A DNA stretch of 64,000 nt from Longimicrobiales bacterium. GTDB lineage: Bacteria > Gemmatimonadota > Gemmatimonadetes > Longimicrobiales > Gaopeijiaceae. A program made the position numbers and the translations under genes. Positions 20,107 to 30,372 of this stretch are shown in pieces. The notes under the pieces were generated by a model, which worked only from the letters and a program-made list of their open reading frames with translations, was not told where the DNA came from and did no database searches. Within the stretch, counting starts at the first letter, position 1. Every line of letters begins with the position of its first letter. The DNA lies in NCBI GenBank assembly GCA_965226375.1, contig CBDDCX010000007.1:384001-448000 (forward strand), read 5' to 3'.

Positions 20107-22556
20107 ACATCTCGTTCGCTTGGCTCAACGCCATGGTGCCGGATCTGGCACTGGGCGTCGAAGAGGTGGCCGAGCATCTCGCCACCCGCGGAGCTCCGGT
20201 GGAGGACACCGAGTACCTCGGCGCGGGGCTCGAACAGGTCATCGTGGCTCGGGTGGAGTCGGTGCGACAACACCCCAATGCAGACCGTCTGTCTCTCTGC
20301 GAGGTGAATAACGGAGAGGAGACGCTCCAGGTCGTGTGTGGCGCCCCGATCATCCACGAGGGCGGCTACTACCCGTTCGCGGGGGTCGGGGTGACCCTGC
20401 CTGGTGACTTCACGCTCAAGCGGGCCAAGATCCGGGGTGAATACTCGAACGGGATGCTCTGCTCCGAGAAGGAGTTGGGCCTGGGACGGGACCAGGGCGG
20501 TATCATGCACCTGACGGGCCAGGTGTCGTTGGGCCAGCCCCTCACCGAAGCTCTCGCGCTCGACGATGTCCGACTGGACGTAGAGGTGACCCCCAACCGC
20601 GGCGACTGGTTGTCTCATGTGGGAGTGGCCAGGGAGGTGGCTCCCGGTGGGGTCGACGGTATCGAACTTCCGGCGATTCCAGGTGCTCCGGAGTTCGATT
20701 TAGAGGTCAAGACGGCCGAGCTGGAGGTCACACATGCCGAGGTCGGCATCCGTATCGACGAACCTGCGCTCTGCTACCGATTCCTCGGTGTGATCATTCG
20801 TGGGGTGGAGGTAGGCCCCTCTCCGGAGTGGCTCGCCCAGCGACTGCGGGCGGTAGATCAGCAGCCCATCAACAACGTGGTTGATGCCACGAACTACGTG
20901 ATGCTCGAGATGGGTAACCCGATGCACGCCTACGACCTGGGCAAGCTCGACGAGTCGAGACTGGTCGTGCGGCACGCGAGGGACGGGGAAGAAATGCAGA
21001 CCCTGGACGGGTTGGAGCACGAGTTGGACTCTGACATGCTTATGATCTGCGACGCTTCCGTTCCCCACGACATCGCCGGAGTGATGGGTGGCATGCACTC
21101 GTCGGTAACCGAGGAGACCACCGAGATTCTGCTGGAATGCGCCCTCTTCGAGCCGAAGTCCATCCGGAGGACCCGGAAAGCGCTGGGCATCTCCACGGAT
21201 GCCAGTTATCGGTTCGAGAGGGGAGTGGATCCCGAAGGACACCTCCCGGCCGTCAAGAGGGCCTTGGAGGTCATCCTGGCCACGGCAGGTGGCGAGATCG
21301 ATGGGCCGATCCTAGAGGTGCTTCCGCGCCCGTGGGAGCCGGTCACGTTGACGCTCCGGCTGTCTCGGGTCACCCGCGTCCTCGGCGTGTCTCTGGGAGC
21401 GAAGGAGATCGAAGGCCTACTCGAGCCGTTGGGATTCGGCGTCGACGCGGGCGGTGAGGACGAGCTCAGCGTGAGGGTGCCGGGCTATAGAAGTTACGAC
21501 GTGACCCGCGAAGTGGACCTCATCGAGGAGATCGCGCGCACCCACGGGTACGACAACTTTCCCGACGATCTGGGGCCGGCCCGTCCCACGAGCGTGCCGG
21601 ACGATCCGCTCTTCCAACTCGAGGACAACCTGAGGCTCGCGCTGGCCGGGGCGGGGCTGCTCGAGGCCACCAATCCTGCGTTCGCTCCCGAGTCCGAGGG
21701 AGACGTGGAACTCAACAACCCCATCTCCAGCGAGGAGAGCCGTCTGCGTGGCGCGCTCCTTCCGGCGCTGTTGCGGCGGGTGGAGCACAACTTCGCTCGA
21801 GGCGCGCGTGACGTGCGTTTCTTCGAGATCGGTACGGTCTTCCACTTCGCCGGTTCGGGGAATGCACCGCACGAGGATCTTCACGTGGCCTTGACTGTCA
21901 CGGGACGGCAACGGCCGGGTCACTGGTCCGAGGAGGTCGAGCCCGTCGATTTCTGGACGTTGAAGGGACTCGTGCAGGAGACCCTGGCCGAGTCCGGCTG
22001 GGAAGGGGTATCGGTGGGCCCTGCGGGTGCGGGCGCTGTGGCCGAGGGGGCGGACGGTGCCGGCGGCGAGGGATTCGGGGGCGACCCGATGTTCGTGCCT
22101 TCGACCACGGTCGGAATCTCGCTGTCGTCCGGCGTATCCGTGGGGTCGGCCGGACAGGTCAGGAAGGAGCGGATCGATGCTCCAGCTTGGGCAGGGCCCT
22201 TGTGGGCCATGGAGCTCCGCCTGCCGGCCGAACCCCGCCTGGAGCGAACGCCCACATTCCGACCCCTACCGCAGTTTCCCGGGGTGGATCGTGATCTCGC
22301 TCTTCTCGTCCCGCACGACGTTCCGGCGGACTCCGTGGTCGAATGTATTCGCGGGTCGGGTGGCGCACTCCTCGACAAAGTCACCATCTTCGACATGTAT
22401 CGGGGAGAGGGTGTCGGCGAGGCCGAGCGGTCGCTCGCGTTCCGTCTTCGCCTTCAGGCGTGGGACAGAACGCTGACAGACAAGGAAGTGGACCGGGTGG
22501 TCGGGAAGGTCATCAAGAGACTTGTGGAGGACCTCGGTGTCGAACAACGCCTCTGA
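20103..22556 (+). CDS. pheT: Phenylalanine--tRNA ligase beta subunit
   Basis: ATG 20103 overlaps the pheS stop; HPNADRL, VTPNRGD, INNVVDATNYVMLE, TDASYRFERGVD, FDX-ACB C-terminus. Confidence 0.98.
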   Translation: MNISFAWLNAMVPDLALGVEEVAEHLATRGAPVEDTEYLGAGLEQVIVARVESVRQHPNADRLSLCEVNNGEETLQVVCGAPIIHEGGYYPFAGVGVTLPGDFTLKRAKIRGEYSNGMLCSEKELGLGRDQGGIMHLTGQVSLGQPLTEALALDDVRLDVEVTPNRGDWLSHVGVAREVAPGGVDGIELPAIPGAPEFDLEVKTAELEVTHAEVGIRIDEPALCYRFLGVIIRGVEVGPSPEWLAQRLRAVDQQPINNVVDATNYVMLEMGNPMHAYDLGKLDESRLVVRHARDGEEMQTLDGLEHELDSDMLMICDASVPHDIAGVMGGMHSSVTEETTEILLECALFEPKSIRRTRKALGISTDASYRFERGVDPEGHLPAVKRALEVILATAGGEIDGPILEVLPRPWEPVTLTLRLSRVTRVLGVSLGAKEIEGLLEPLGFGVDAGGEDELSVRVPGYRSYDVTREVDLIEEIARTHGYDNFPDDLGPARPTSVPDDPLFQLEDNLRLALAGAGLLEATNPAFAPESEGDVELNNPISSEESRLRGALLPALLRRVEHNFARGARDVRFFEIGTVFHFAGSGNAPHEDLHVALTVTGRQRPGHWSEEVEPVDFWTLKGLVQETLAESGWEGVSVGPAGAGAVAEGADGAGGEGFGGDPMFVPSTTVGISLSSGVSVGSAGQVRKERIDAPAWAGPLWAMELRLPAEPRLERTPTFRPLPQFPGVDRDLALLVPHDVPADSVVECIRGSGGALLDKVTIFDMYRGEGVGEAERSLAFRLRLQAWDRTLTDKEVDRVVGKVIKRLVEDLGVEQRL

Positions 22557-22851
22557 GAAAGCAAAGGTGACCCCGGCTGCGGCTATCAAACGACTCAAGG
22601 CCGCCGTTGCCGATGCAGTCGGAGAGGTCGAGCGCCTCCGCGCGGAGCTCGCGCGCATGGAGGCTCAGGGCGAGGAGCTCGAGGGCCTGATCCGAGGCGT
22701 GACGTCCGGGGAGCGAAGCCCGCGTGAGATGATCGACAGGATCAGCATTCTGGATGAGGAGAACCGTGACCTCCGAGCCCGTGTGAACCAGGGCAGGGAG
22801 GGAGTCGAGCGTCTACTGGCGAGAATCAGATTTCTGGAGGAGCAGCAGTGA
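22537..22851 (+). CDS. Coiled-coil protein, ZapB-like
   Basis: Heptad-rich ~104 aa, ending LDEENRDLRARV..GREGVERLLARIRFLEEQQ; between pheT and zapA; GTG with GGAGG SD. Confidence 0.7.
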   Translation: MSNNASEKAKVTPAAAIKRLKAAVADAVGEVERLRAELARMEAQGEELEGLIRGVTSGERSPREMIDRISILDEENRDLRARVNQGREGVERLLARIRFLEEQQ

Positions 22852-23144
22852 GCGCAGACAAGGAGTCCGTGACGGTCCGGATCGCCGGTGAAGAGCACAC
22901 CATCCGCTCCAGCGCCGAGGCGGAGTACACCAAACGCTGTGCCCGCTACGTGGATCAGCGAATACACGACATCAAGAAGCAGGTCGGGCTCCTCGAGGGG
23001 CATAAGGCCGCCATTCTCGCGGCCCTCTCCATCACCGACGAGTTCTTTCAGGCAAAGGAAGATCTGGAGCAGAGCGGCATCGACATGGCGTCAACGGTCG
23101 ACGGACTCGCCGAAGCCTTGGAAAGCGCGCTAGCCCCCGAGTAA
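22848..23144 (+). CDS. zapA: Cell division protein ZapA
   Basis: VTVRIAGEEHTI, ARYVDQRI, AAILAALSITDE; pheT-zapA-rny synteny. Confidence 0.9.
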   Translation: MSADKESVTVRIAGEEHTIRSSAEAEYTKRCARYVDQRIHDIKKQVGLLEGHKAAILAALSITDEFFQAKEDLEQSGIDMASTVDGLAEALESALAPE

Positions 23145-23179
23145 CAGGCGATTGCATCGGGGTGTCCGCTACAAACTCC

Positions 23180-23300
23180 TCGTCGATGGCGATGTCGAAG
23201 CTTCGACGACTTGCGTTTCGTCGAACCTAAATCCATTGTTTTTCCGGTAGTTAGCCATCACCCACCGTACAGACGCCTCCTTGGGTGGCGTTTGTTGTTC
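23180..23300 (+). ncRNA. Candidate structured RNA between zapA and rny (position where 6S RNA often lies)
   Basis: GATGGC/GCCATC outer stem enclosing the TTCGACGA/TCGTCGAA hairpin, then ACAGACGCC/GGCGTTTGT hairpin; shorter than a typical 6S RNA. Confidence 0.3.
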
Positions 23301-23311
23301 GGAGTAGATAA

Positions 23312-24883
23312 ATGGACCCGCTGGTTATCGGACTGGCGGCGGCTGTAGGATTGCTCTTTGGAGCAGCGGGATACGTCGGACGCGGCCTGATCGAGCAGTC
23401 GCGTCAGAAGAAGGCTCAGGCGGCCGCCGAGGATGAGGCCTCCAGGATCCTGGCTCGCGCACAGGAAGAAGCAGACAACCTCCGTACCTCCAAGGTCCTC
23501 GAGGGTAAGGAAGAAATCTTCCGGCTCCGGGAGTCCTGGGAGCAAGAGGAGCAGCGCCTCCGAGAGGACGCCGAGCGGGCTGAGAAGCGCCTTGCCGAGC
23601 GCTCGGACTCGCAGGACCGCCGATTCGACACCCTGAACGAGAAGGAATCGGCCCAGGAGCAGCGCGCCAAGGAGTTGGATCAGCGAGAGGGCCAGCTCGA
23701 CGGGTCTGCCCAAGAGGTGGAGCGCTCACGGGCGGAGGTGCGCAAGAAGCTCGAGACGATGGCGGGGACCTCGGCGGCCGAGGCCAAGCAGCAGTTGATC
23801 CACGATCTGAAGGACGAAGCGAGGGCTGACGCCGCCAACGACCTCCGCGAGATCAAGGACGAGGCGCAGCGCAACGCCGACCGCGAGGCCAAGAAAATTC
23901 TAGGCCTCGCCATTCAACGCATGGCTGCCGACCAGACCGCGGAGATGACCGTCTCTGTCGTACAGCTTCCCTCCGACGAGATGAAGGGCCGCATTATCGG
24001 GCGGGAAGGACGTAATATCCGCTCGTTCGAGCAGGCGACCGGTATCGACGTCATCATCGACGACACCCCCGAGGCTGTGGTGCTCTCTGGCTTCGACCCG
24101 GTACGCCGAGAGGTGGCTCGGATCGCTTTACAACGGCTCATCGAAGACGGACGCATCCACCCCGGGCGCATCGAGGAGATGGTGGATAAGAGCCGAGCAG
24201 AAGTGGAGCAGTCCATGGTCGAGGCGGCCGAGGAGGTGCTCTACGAGCTCGGTATCCACAACGTCAATGCAGAGGTCGTGAAGATCCTCGGCCGGCTGAA
24301 ATTCAGAACGTCATACGGTCAGAACCAGCTTCAGCACGCCAAGGAGGTGGCCCTCCTGGCGGGAAACATGGCGACGGAGATGGGGCTGGACGTACAAGCG
24401 ACCAAGCGCGCCGGGGTGCTGCACGATGTCGGGAAGGGCATGACACACGAGCACGAAGGCACCCATGTGGAGCTCGGCTATCGTCTATGCAAGAAGCACA
24501 ACGAGTCCGAGATCGTCCTGAATGCTATCAAGGCTCATCACGACGAGGAGCCGCATTACTTTCCCGAAACCTTTCTCGTGACCGCAGGCGACGCCATCTC
24601 CGGGTCCCGTCCGGGGGCCCGGCGCGAGATGTTCGAGGGCTATGTAAAGCGGTTGGAAAAGCTGGAAGAGTTGGCCATGGAGCATCCCGGGGTGGAGCGC
24701 TGCTTTGCCATTCAGGCGGGGCGCGAGATCCGTGTCATGGTCGAGCCGGACAAGGTCACGGACAACGAGATGGCACAGATTTCCGAGGCCGTAGCGAGAC
24801 GCATCGAAGGTGAGCTGCAGTACCCGGGTCAGATAAAGGTGGTCGTGATCCGCGAGACCCGGGCTATCGATTTTGCACGCTGA
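23312..24883 (+). CDS. rny: Ribonuclease Y
   Basis: N-terminal TM, coiled coil, KH domain MKGRIIGREGRNIR, HD domain HDVGK, AIQAGREIRV. Confidence 0.98.
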   Translation: MDPLVIGLAAAVGLLFGAAGYVGRGLIEQSRQKKAQAAAEDEASRILARAQEEADNLRTSKVLEGKEEIFRLRESWEQEEQRLREDAERAEKRLAERSDSQDRRFDTLNEKESAQEQRAKELDQREGQLDGSAQEVERSRAEVRKKLETMAGTSAAEAKQQLIHDLKDEARADAANDLREIKDEAQRNADREAKKILGLAIQRMAADQTAEMTVSVVQLPSDEMKGRIIGREGRNIRSFEQATGIDVIIDDTPEAVVLSGFDPVRREVARIALQRLIEDGRIHPGRIEEMVDKSRAEVEQSMVEAAEEVLYELGIHNVNAEVVKILGRLKFRTSYGQNQLQHAKEVALLAGNMATEMGLDVQATKRAGVLHDVGKGMTHEHEGTHVELGYRLCKKHNESEIVLNAIKAHHDEEPHYFPETFLVTAGDAISGSRPGARREMFEGYVKRLEKLEELAMEHPGVERCFAIQAGREIRVMVEPDKVTDNEMAQISEAVARRIEGELQYPGQIKVVVIRETRAIDFAR

Positions 24884-24961
24884 TGCCCGAGAACATGGAT
24901 ACGGTTAGACAGCGAAGGGACCGTCTAGTGTGGGTAGCCCTGTACACATACAGGAGAGCGA

Positions 24962-25855
24962 ATGTCGGCTGACATCATCTCGGGCAAAGAGATCGCCGCG
25001 TCCATCCGGGAAGAGCTCAAGGAGCGCGTGGCCGAACTGAAGGAGTCCGGGCTCATCCCCGGGCTTGCCGTGGTGCTCGCCGGAGAAGATCCGGCGAGCC
25101 AGGTCTATGTGGGCATGAAGAACAAGGCTGCCACTGAGGCGGGCATCCTCTCCCGGCAGATCACCCTGCCGATGGAGGTCACGGAGGAGGAGTTGCTCGG
25201 CGTCGTCGCGGGGCTGAATGCCGACCCCGACATCCACGGGATCCTGGTGCAACTTCCGCTGCCCGACCAGATCGACGAAGCCAAAGTTCTGTTGGCCATC
25301 GACCCGGAAAAGGATGTGGACGGTTTCCATCCGGTAAACGTGGGCCGGCTGGCCACTGGTGATCTGGACGTGCTCACGCCGTGTACCCCCCGGGGTGTGA
25401 TCGAGATGCTCATGCGTAGCGGGCACGATCCTGCGGGGAAGCATGCCGTGGTCGTGGGACGGTCCAATATTGTCGGGCGTCCCATGGCGTCGCTCCTTCT
25501 GCGCAAGGCCGCCGGTGGCAACGCGACGGTGACGGTGGCTCACAGTCGTACTCCCGATCTGGGCGCGGTCACGCGGGAAGCGGATATTCTGATCACGGCC
25601 ATCGGAATGCCTGAGTTCATCAGGGGCGACATGATCAAGCCCGGCGCGGTGGTCATCGACGTCGGCGTGAACCGAGTCGACGACGACACCCGTGAGCGCG
25701 GCTACCGTCTCGCGGGTGACGTGGCGTTCGACGAGGCAAAGGAGGTGGCCTCGGCCATCAGTCCGGTTCCCGGTGGTGTGGGACCGATGACCATCGCGAT
25801 GCTGCTCTCGAACACGGTGGACGCCGCAGTTCGATCGTCCAACACCGAGGGCTAG
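24962..25855 (+). CDS. folD: Methylenetetrahydrofolate dehydrogenase/cyclohydrolase
   Basis: GILVQLPLP, KDVDGFHP, PCTP, GRSNIVGRP, PVPGGVGPMT. Confidence 0.98.
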   Translation: MSADIISGKEIAASIREELKERVAELKESGLIPGLAVVLAGEDPASQVYVGMKNKAATEAGILSRQITLPMEVTEEELLGVVAGLNADPDIHGILVQLPLPDQIDEAKVLLAIDPEKDVDGFHPVNVGRLATGDLDVLTPCTPRGVIEMLMRSGHDPAGKHAVVVGRSNIVGRPMASLLLRKAAGGNATVTVAHSRTPDLGAVTREADILITAIGMPEFIRGDMIKPGAVVIDVGVNRVDDDTRERGYRLAGDVAFDEAKEVASAISPVPGGVGPMTIAMLLSNTVDAAVRSSNTEG

Positions 25856-25894
25856 AGGGCCGCGCTGCCGGGCCCCCCAAGGGACCGCGATCGT

Positions 25895-27103
25895 ATGACG
25901 AGCCCGCGCGTCTGGAGCGTCTCGCAGGTCAATCGGGCCGTCGGACGCCTACTCGAGGAGAGCATCGAGAGCCTATGGGTCTCGGGCGAGGTGGCGAATT
26001 GGACCCGCGCACGGTCTGGACACTGCTACTTCACGCTCAAGGACGAGCAAGCCCAAATCCGTTGCGCCATGTTCCGCACGGAAGCGGCCACTCTGCCCAC
26101 CGATCCCGAGCAAGGCATGAACGTCCGGGCGTTCGGTGGGTTGTCGTTGTACGTGGCCAAGGGCGAGTACCAGCTCATCGTACGTCGCCTCGAAGCCGAG
26201 GGTGAGGAGGGCCTGTGGCGCCTTGCCTTCGAGCGGGTGCGGGCCAAGCTCGATGCCGAGGGGCTGTTGGCGCCAGAGCGGAAGCGTCCGCTACCGGCCT
26301 TCCCGGGGACCGTCGGCGTGGTGACGTCCCTGGCCGGGGCGGCCCTTCACGACATCATTACGGTCGTCCGGCGTCGCGCCCCTTGGACCCGAGTCGTCGT
26401 ACGGGGAACCCGTGTGCAGGGCGAGGGCGCGGGGGTGGAAGTGGCTGAAGCCATCGAGGTGTTGGGTCGGAGTGGGCTCGCGGACGTATTGATCGTCAGC
26501 CGAGGAGGGGGCTCATTGGAGGATCTGTGGACCTTCAATGAAGAGGTGGTGGCACGGGCCATCGCCCAGTGCCCGGTTCCTGTGATCTCGGCTGTGGGTC
26601 ACGAGATCGACGTCACGGTCGCGGACCTTGTGGCCGACCACCGCGCACCCACTCCGTCGGCCGGCGCCGAGGCGGCGGTCCAAGACGCAGAGGCGTTAGG
26701 CGAGGTTCTTGCATTGAAGAGAGATCGCATGAGTCGGGCATTGCGGGGAGCGGCCCTCAGGCGTCGTGACGCGCTCGTGGTCCGACGGGGTCAATTACGA
26801 CGCTCGGCCTCGGTGCTGGCCCGCCCTCGCAGGGATGCCCTGGGCCGGGCTGGGGACCGGATGGAGATGGCGGTACGCAAGATGGTCTCGCTCAAGAGGA
26901 CCCGTCTGTCCGAGGGCGCAGGCAAGATGGATGTGCTGTCGCCATTGGGTACGCTGGCCCGGGGGTATGCCTTGCCCTTGGACGAGGCCGGCCGCGTTCT
27001 CAGGAGTTCAGCCGATCTGGAGCCCGGCTTGCGGTTTTCTCTCCGAGTTTCGGACGGGTCCGTGCCGTGCGAAGCGTTGGAGAGAGATGGAGCGGACAGT
27101 TGA
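25895..27103 (+). CDS. xseA: Exodeoxyribonuclease VII large subunit
   Basis: SGHCYFTLKD, RGGGSLEDLWTFN, SAVGHEID, RAPTPS, LARGY. Confidence 0.97.
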   Translation: MTSPRVWSVSQVNRAVGRLLEESIESLWVSGEVANWTRARSGHCYFTLKDEQAQIRCAMFRTEAATLPTDPEQGMNVRAFGGLSLYVAKGEYQLIVRRLEAEGEEGLWRLAFERVRAKLDAEGLLAPERKRPLPAFPGTVGVVTSLAGAALHDIITVVRRRAPWTRVVVRGTRVQGEGAGVEVAEAIEVLGRSGLADVLIVSRGGGSLEDLWTFNEEVVARAIAQCPVPVISAVGHEIDVTVADLVADHRAPTPSAGAEAAVQDAEALGEVLALKRDRMSRALRGAALRRRDALVVRRGQLRRSASVLARPRRDALGRAGDRMEMAVRKMVSLKRTRLSEGAGKMDVLSPLGTLARGYALPLDEAGRVLRSSADLEPGLRFSLRVSDGSVPCEALERDGADS

Positions 27104-27161
27104 TGACCGCATCGATCGAGTCGGTAGACGCCCATGGGCGCTCAGTAAGGAGATATCTATT

Positions 27162-27425
27162 GTGACGCCGGCAGACGAAACGCTGGATCAAACCAGCGAA
27201 GGTGGTCCCTCTTTGGAGGACCGTCTCAGACGACTCGAGGAAATCGTTCGATCCCTCGAGGCGGACGACCTGGAGTTGGAGGGGGCCTTGGCCCTCTTCG
27301 AGGAGGGCGTCGAGCACGTCCGAAGCGCAGAGGACACTCTCAAGAACGCCGAACTCAAAGTCGAGGAACTCCTGGGTCCGGTCGAGGCCCACACCACGCA
27401 GCCCCTGGAGGACGAGGCGGAGTGA
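27162..27425 (+). CDS. xseB: Exodeoxyribonuclease VII small subunit
   Basis: SLEDRLRRLEEIVRSLE..DLELEGALALFEEGV; GTG 27162 after SD AAGGAG (3' part of ORF 26766-27425). Confidence 0.92.
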   Translation: MTPADETLDQTSEGGPSLEDRLRRLEEIVRSLEADDLELEGALALFEEGVEHVRSAEDTLKNAELKVEELLGPVEAHTTQPLEDEAE

Positions 27426-28333
27426 CCGACGGACCCTCTCTCGACCTCGAGGCATTTCTTCTCCAAGAAAGAGAGCAGGTGGAGCAGGCCCTCGAGCGCT
27501 CCCTCGAGTCCTTTCGGGGCGATCTTGCCACCGACTTGGCCGAGCCGATTCGCCACGCCGTGATGACGGGGGGAAAGCGGCTCCGGCCCATCTTGTGCGC
27601 CGTGGCCTACCGCGCCTGTGCAGGGATCCCCAGGACGGAAGTGTATGATCTGGCCGTCTCTCTCGAGCTCGTTCATGCCTACTCGCTCATGCACGACGAC
27701 CTTCCCTGCATGGACGACGCCGAGCTACGGCGTGGACGGCCTACTCCCCACACCCTCTACGGTGAGGAGGCGACGATCCGCGCCGGGCTCGCGCTGATTC
27801 CGGCCGCCTCGCTCCAAGCGCTCCGGGCTGCCAGGACACTCGGATGTGAAGACGACACGGTCCGCATGATCGTTCAGGAGCTCAATCGTGCCGCGGGAGG
27901 TGGCGGGATGGTGGGCGGTCAGTACCTGGATCTGCTGGCCGAGGAGTGCGCTCTGACATCCGAGGAGCTCGACGACCTGCACCGAAAGAAGACGGGAGCG
28001 CTCCTCACGGCGTCCTTGGCGATCGGGGGACTGGCGGCCGGTGCCTCCGAATCGACGCTCGCCGGGCTGCACCGGTACGGGCAAGCGGTCGGGCTGGCTT
28101 TCCAGGTCACCGACGACATTCTCGACGAGACCTCTTCGGCGGCCGCGCTCGGCAAAAATCCGAGTGACGGTCTCCTGGCAAAGAGCACCTATGTGTCGCT
28201 CCACGGTGTGGAGGAAGCGGCTCGTCGAGCTCGAACGCTCGCGGAAGAGGCCGTCGAGGCACTGCGGACGGCGAGGATAGGAGCTCCCGAGCTCATTGCG
28301 CTCGCCCACTACCTCGTGGAACGGAAGAGCTAG
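27422..28333 (+). CDS. ispA: Polyprenyl (farnesyl/geranyl) diphosphate synthase
   Basis: GGKRLRP, SLMHDDLPCMDD..LRRGRPT, GGQYLD, KTGALL, FQVTDD; xseB-ispA-dxs synteny. Confidence 0.93.
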   Translation: MTDGPSLDLEAFLLQEREQVEQALERSLESFRGDLATDLAEPIRHAVMTGGKRLRPILCAVAYRACAGIPRTEVYDLAVSLELVHAYSLMHDDLPCMDDAELRRGRPTPHTLYGEEATIRAGLALIPAASLQALRAARTLGCEDDTVRMIVQELNRAAGGGGMVGGQYLDLLAEECALTSEELDDLHRKKTGALLTASLAIGGLAAGASESTLAGLHRYGQAVGLAFQVTDDILDETSSAAALGKNPSDGLLAKSTYVSLHGVEEAARRARTLAEEAVEALRTARIGAPELIALAHYLVERKS

Positions 28334-28452
28334 TGTGGTGTTGAGCACTCCGGTCGTTAAACACGTGCGCCATAACGGCGTAGCGCGTGTGCCGGCGCTA
28401 TCTTCAGAGCTATGTTATATGGCTGACAGAGCAACCTTCAGGAGCTGATTCC

Positions 28453-30372
28453 GTGGCGCTTCTCGACCGAATTCAGGACCCTGGGGACATTCGTCGGCTC
28501 TCGAAGGACGAGTTGCACGAGCTGGTCACCGAGGCCCGAGACCGGCATATCGATGTAATCGCTAAGATCGGGGGCCACTTCGGCGCGAGCCTGGGTGTCG
28601 CCGAGCTCACCGTCGCACTCCACTACGCGTTCGATACGCCTCGGGACAAGCTGATCTGGGACACCGGCCATCAGGGCTATATCCACAAGATCCTCACCGG
28701 CAGGAACGAGCGTCTTCCGACGATACGGCAGCAGGATGGGCTGGCGCCGTTCCTGCGTCGGGACGAGTCGGAATATGATCACTTCGGTGCGGGTCATGCC
28801 GCCACCTCGATCTCGGCCGCCCTGGGCACGGCGATTGCTCGAGACCTGAATGAAGACGATTTCAGTGTAGTCGCCGTCATCGGTGACGGGGCCATGGGAT
28901 GCGGCTTGGCATACGAGGCGTTGAACAACGCCGGCCACACCGATCGTGACCTCATCGTCGTTCTCAACGACAACGACCACTCCATCGCCCCCAACGTCGG
29001 GGCGATGAACAAGTACCTCACGGGTGTGATCACCCATCCGGTCTACAACCGGATCCGAGACGAGGTGAAGGAGCTTCTTTCCAAGGGGCCCGGAGGTGCA
29101 CAGGGCCCGTTACGGAAGGTCGCCCATCGCGCCGAGGAGAGCGTGAAGGGGCTGTTCGTACCGGGCATGCTCTTCGAGGAGTTGGGCTTCCGCTACATCG
29201 GGCCCGTGGATGGCCACGATCTCGATTCATTAGTCGACACGCTAGTTGCCGTCCGTCGCCTCGAGGGCCCGGTGCTCGTCCACGTCATCACGCAGAAAGG
29301 GAAGGGGTTTTCACTCGCCGAGGAGAACGCATACAAGTGGCATGCGGCTTCGCCCTTCGACAAGATTTCCGGTGAGGCGAAGAAGAAGAGCAGCGGCCTG
29401 CCACGCTATCAGAAAGTCTTCGGAAGAGGTCTCAAGGAGTTGGGTGAGCTCGATGAGAGGATCGTCGTGATCACGGCCGGCATGCCGGACGGCACCAGCA
29501 CGGACATGTTCGGACAGGCCTTCCCGGATCGGTACTTCGATGTGGGAATCGCCGAGGGCCATGGCGTCACTGCCGCGGCCGGTATGGCCACTCAAGAGGG
29601 TGTGCGACCGGTCGTCTGCATCTATTCAACGTTCCTGCAGCGGGCCTTCGACAGCATTGTCCACGATGTCGCGCTCCAGGATCTGCCGGTGGTGTTCTGT
29701 ATGGATCGCGCGGGCATCGCCGGGCCGGACGGGCCAACGCATCACGGCGCCTTCGACATTCCCTACATGATGCTGACTCCCGGCATGACCGTGACCGCCC
29801 CCAAGGACGGGGCGGAGATGCTGGCCCTGGTACGTCTCGGCATCGAACACGAAGACGGGCCGTTTTCGGTCCGTTGGCCCAGAGACGCCGTACCGGCCGA
29901 GGTACCGCACGTCAGCGAAATTCCGGCGATCGAGTACGGTACGTGGGAGATACTGCGTCACGGGTCGGACATTGCCCTCCTCGCGACCGGTACCATGGTC
30001 ATCGAGGCGCTCGAGGCGGCCCAGATGCTGGCGGGCCGTGGGGTGCAGTCCACGGTCGTGAACTGTCGCTTCCTGAAACCTCATGACAGGGTGGCCCTCA
30101 AGGAGGTCGCAGAGGGACATCGTAAGGTGCTTACCATCGAGGAGGGGACGGTGGTCAACGGTTTCGGCGCTTATATGGCCCGTGAGATCAGCGACCTGGA
30201 TGTGGGGCACGACGTGCAGGTGCGCTGCCTCGGTCTTCCGGACCGGTTTATCGAACACGGTGCCCGTGATGCGCTGCTTCGCGACGTAGGGCTGGACGCT
30301 GAGGGCATCGTCACCGAGGCGAGGCGTATCCTCGGTGATGCGGTATCCTCCGCCTCAGTGGAGACTGCGTGA
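28453..30372 (+). CDS. dxs: 1-deoxy-D-xylulose-5-phosphate synthase
   Basis: GGHFGASLG, WDTGHQ.Y.HKILTGR, GDGA..LNDN TPP motif, YSTFLQRAFD, GPDGPTHHG; GTG 28453 after AGGAG. Confidence 0.97.
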   Translation: MALLDRIQDPGDIRRLSKDELHELVTEARDRHIDVIAKIGGHFGASLGVAELTVALHYAFDTPRDKLIWDTGHQGYIHKILTGRNERLPTIRQQDGLAPFLRRDESEYDHFGAGHAATSISAALGTAIARDLNEDDFSVVAVIGDGAMGCGLAYEALNNAGHTDRDLIVVLNDNDHSIAPNVGAMNKYLTGVITHPVYNRIRDEVKELLSKGPGGAQGPLRKVAHRAEESVKGLFVPGMLFEELGFRYIGPVDGHDLDSLVDTLVAVRRLEGPVLVHVITQKGKGFSLAEENAYKWHAASPFDKISGEAKKKSSGLPRYQKVFGRGLKELGELDERIVVITAGMPDGTSTDMFGQAFPDRYFDVGIAEGHGVTAAAGMATQEGVRPVVCIYSTFLQRAFDSIVHDVALQDLPVVFCMDRAGIAGPDGPTHHGAFDIPYMMLTPGMTVTAPKDGAEMLALVRLGIEHEDGPFSVRWPRDAVPAEVPHVSEIPAIEYGTWEILRHGSDIALLATGTMVIEALEAAQMLAGRGVQSTVVNCRFLKPHDRVALKEVAEGHRKVLTIEEGTVVNGFGAYMAREISDLDVGHDVQVRCLGLPDRFIEHGARDALLRDVGLDAEGIVTEARRILGDAVSSASVETA

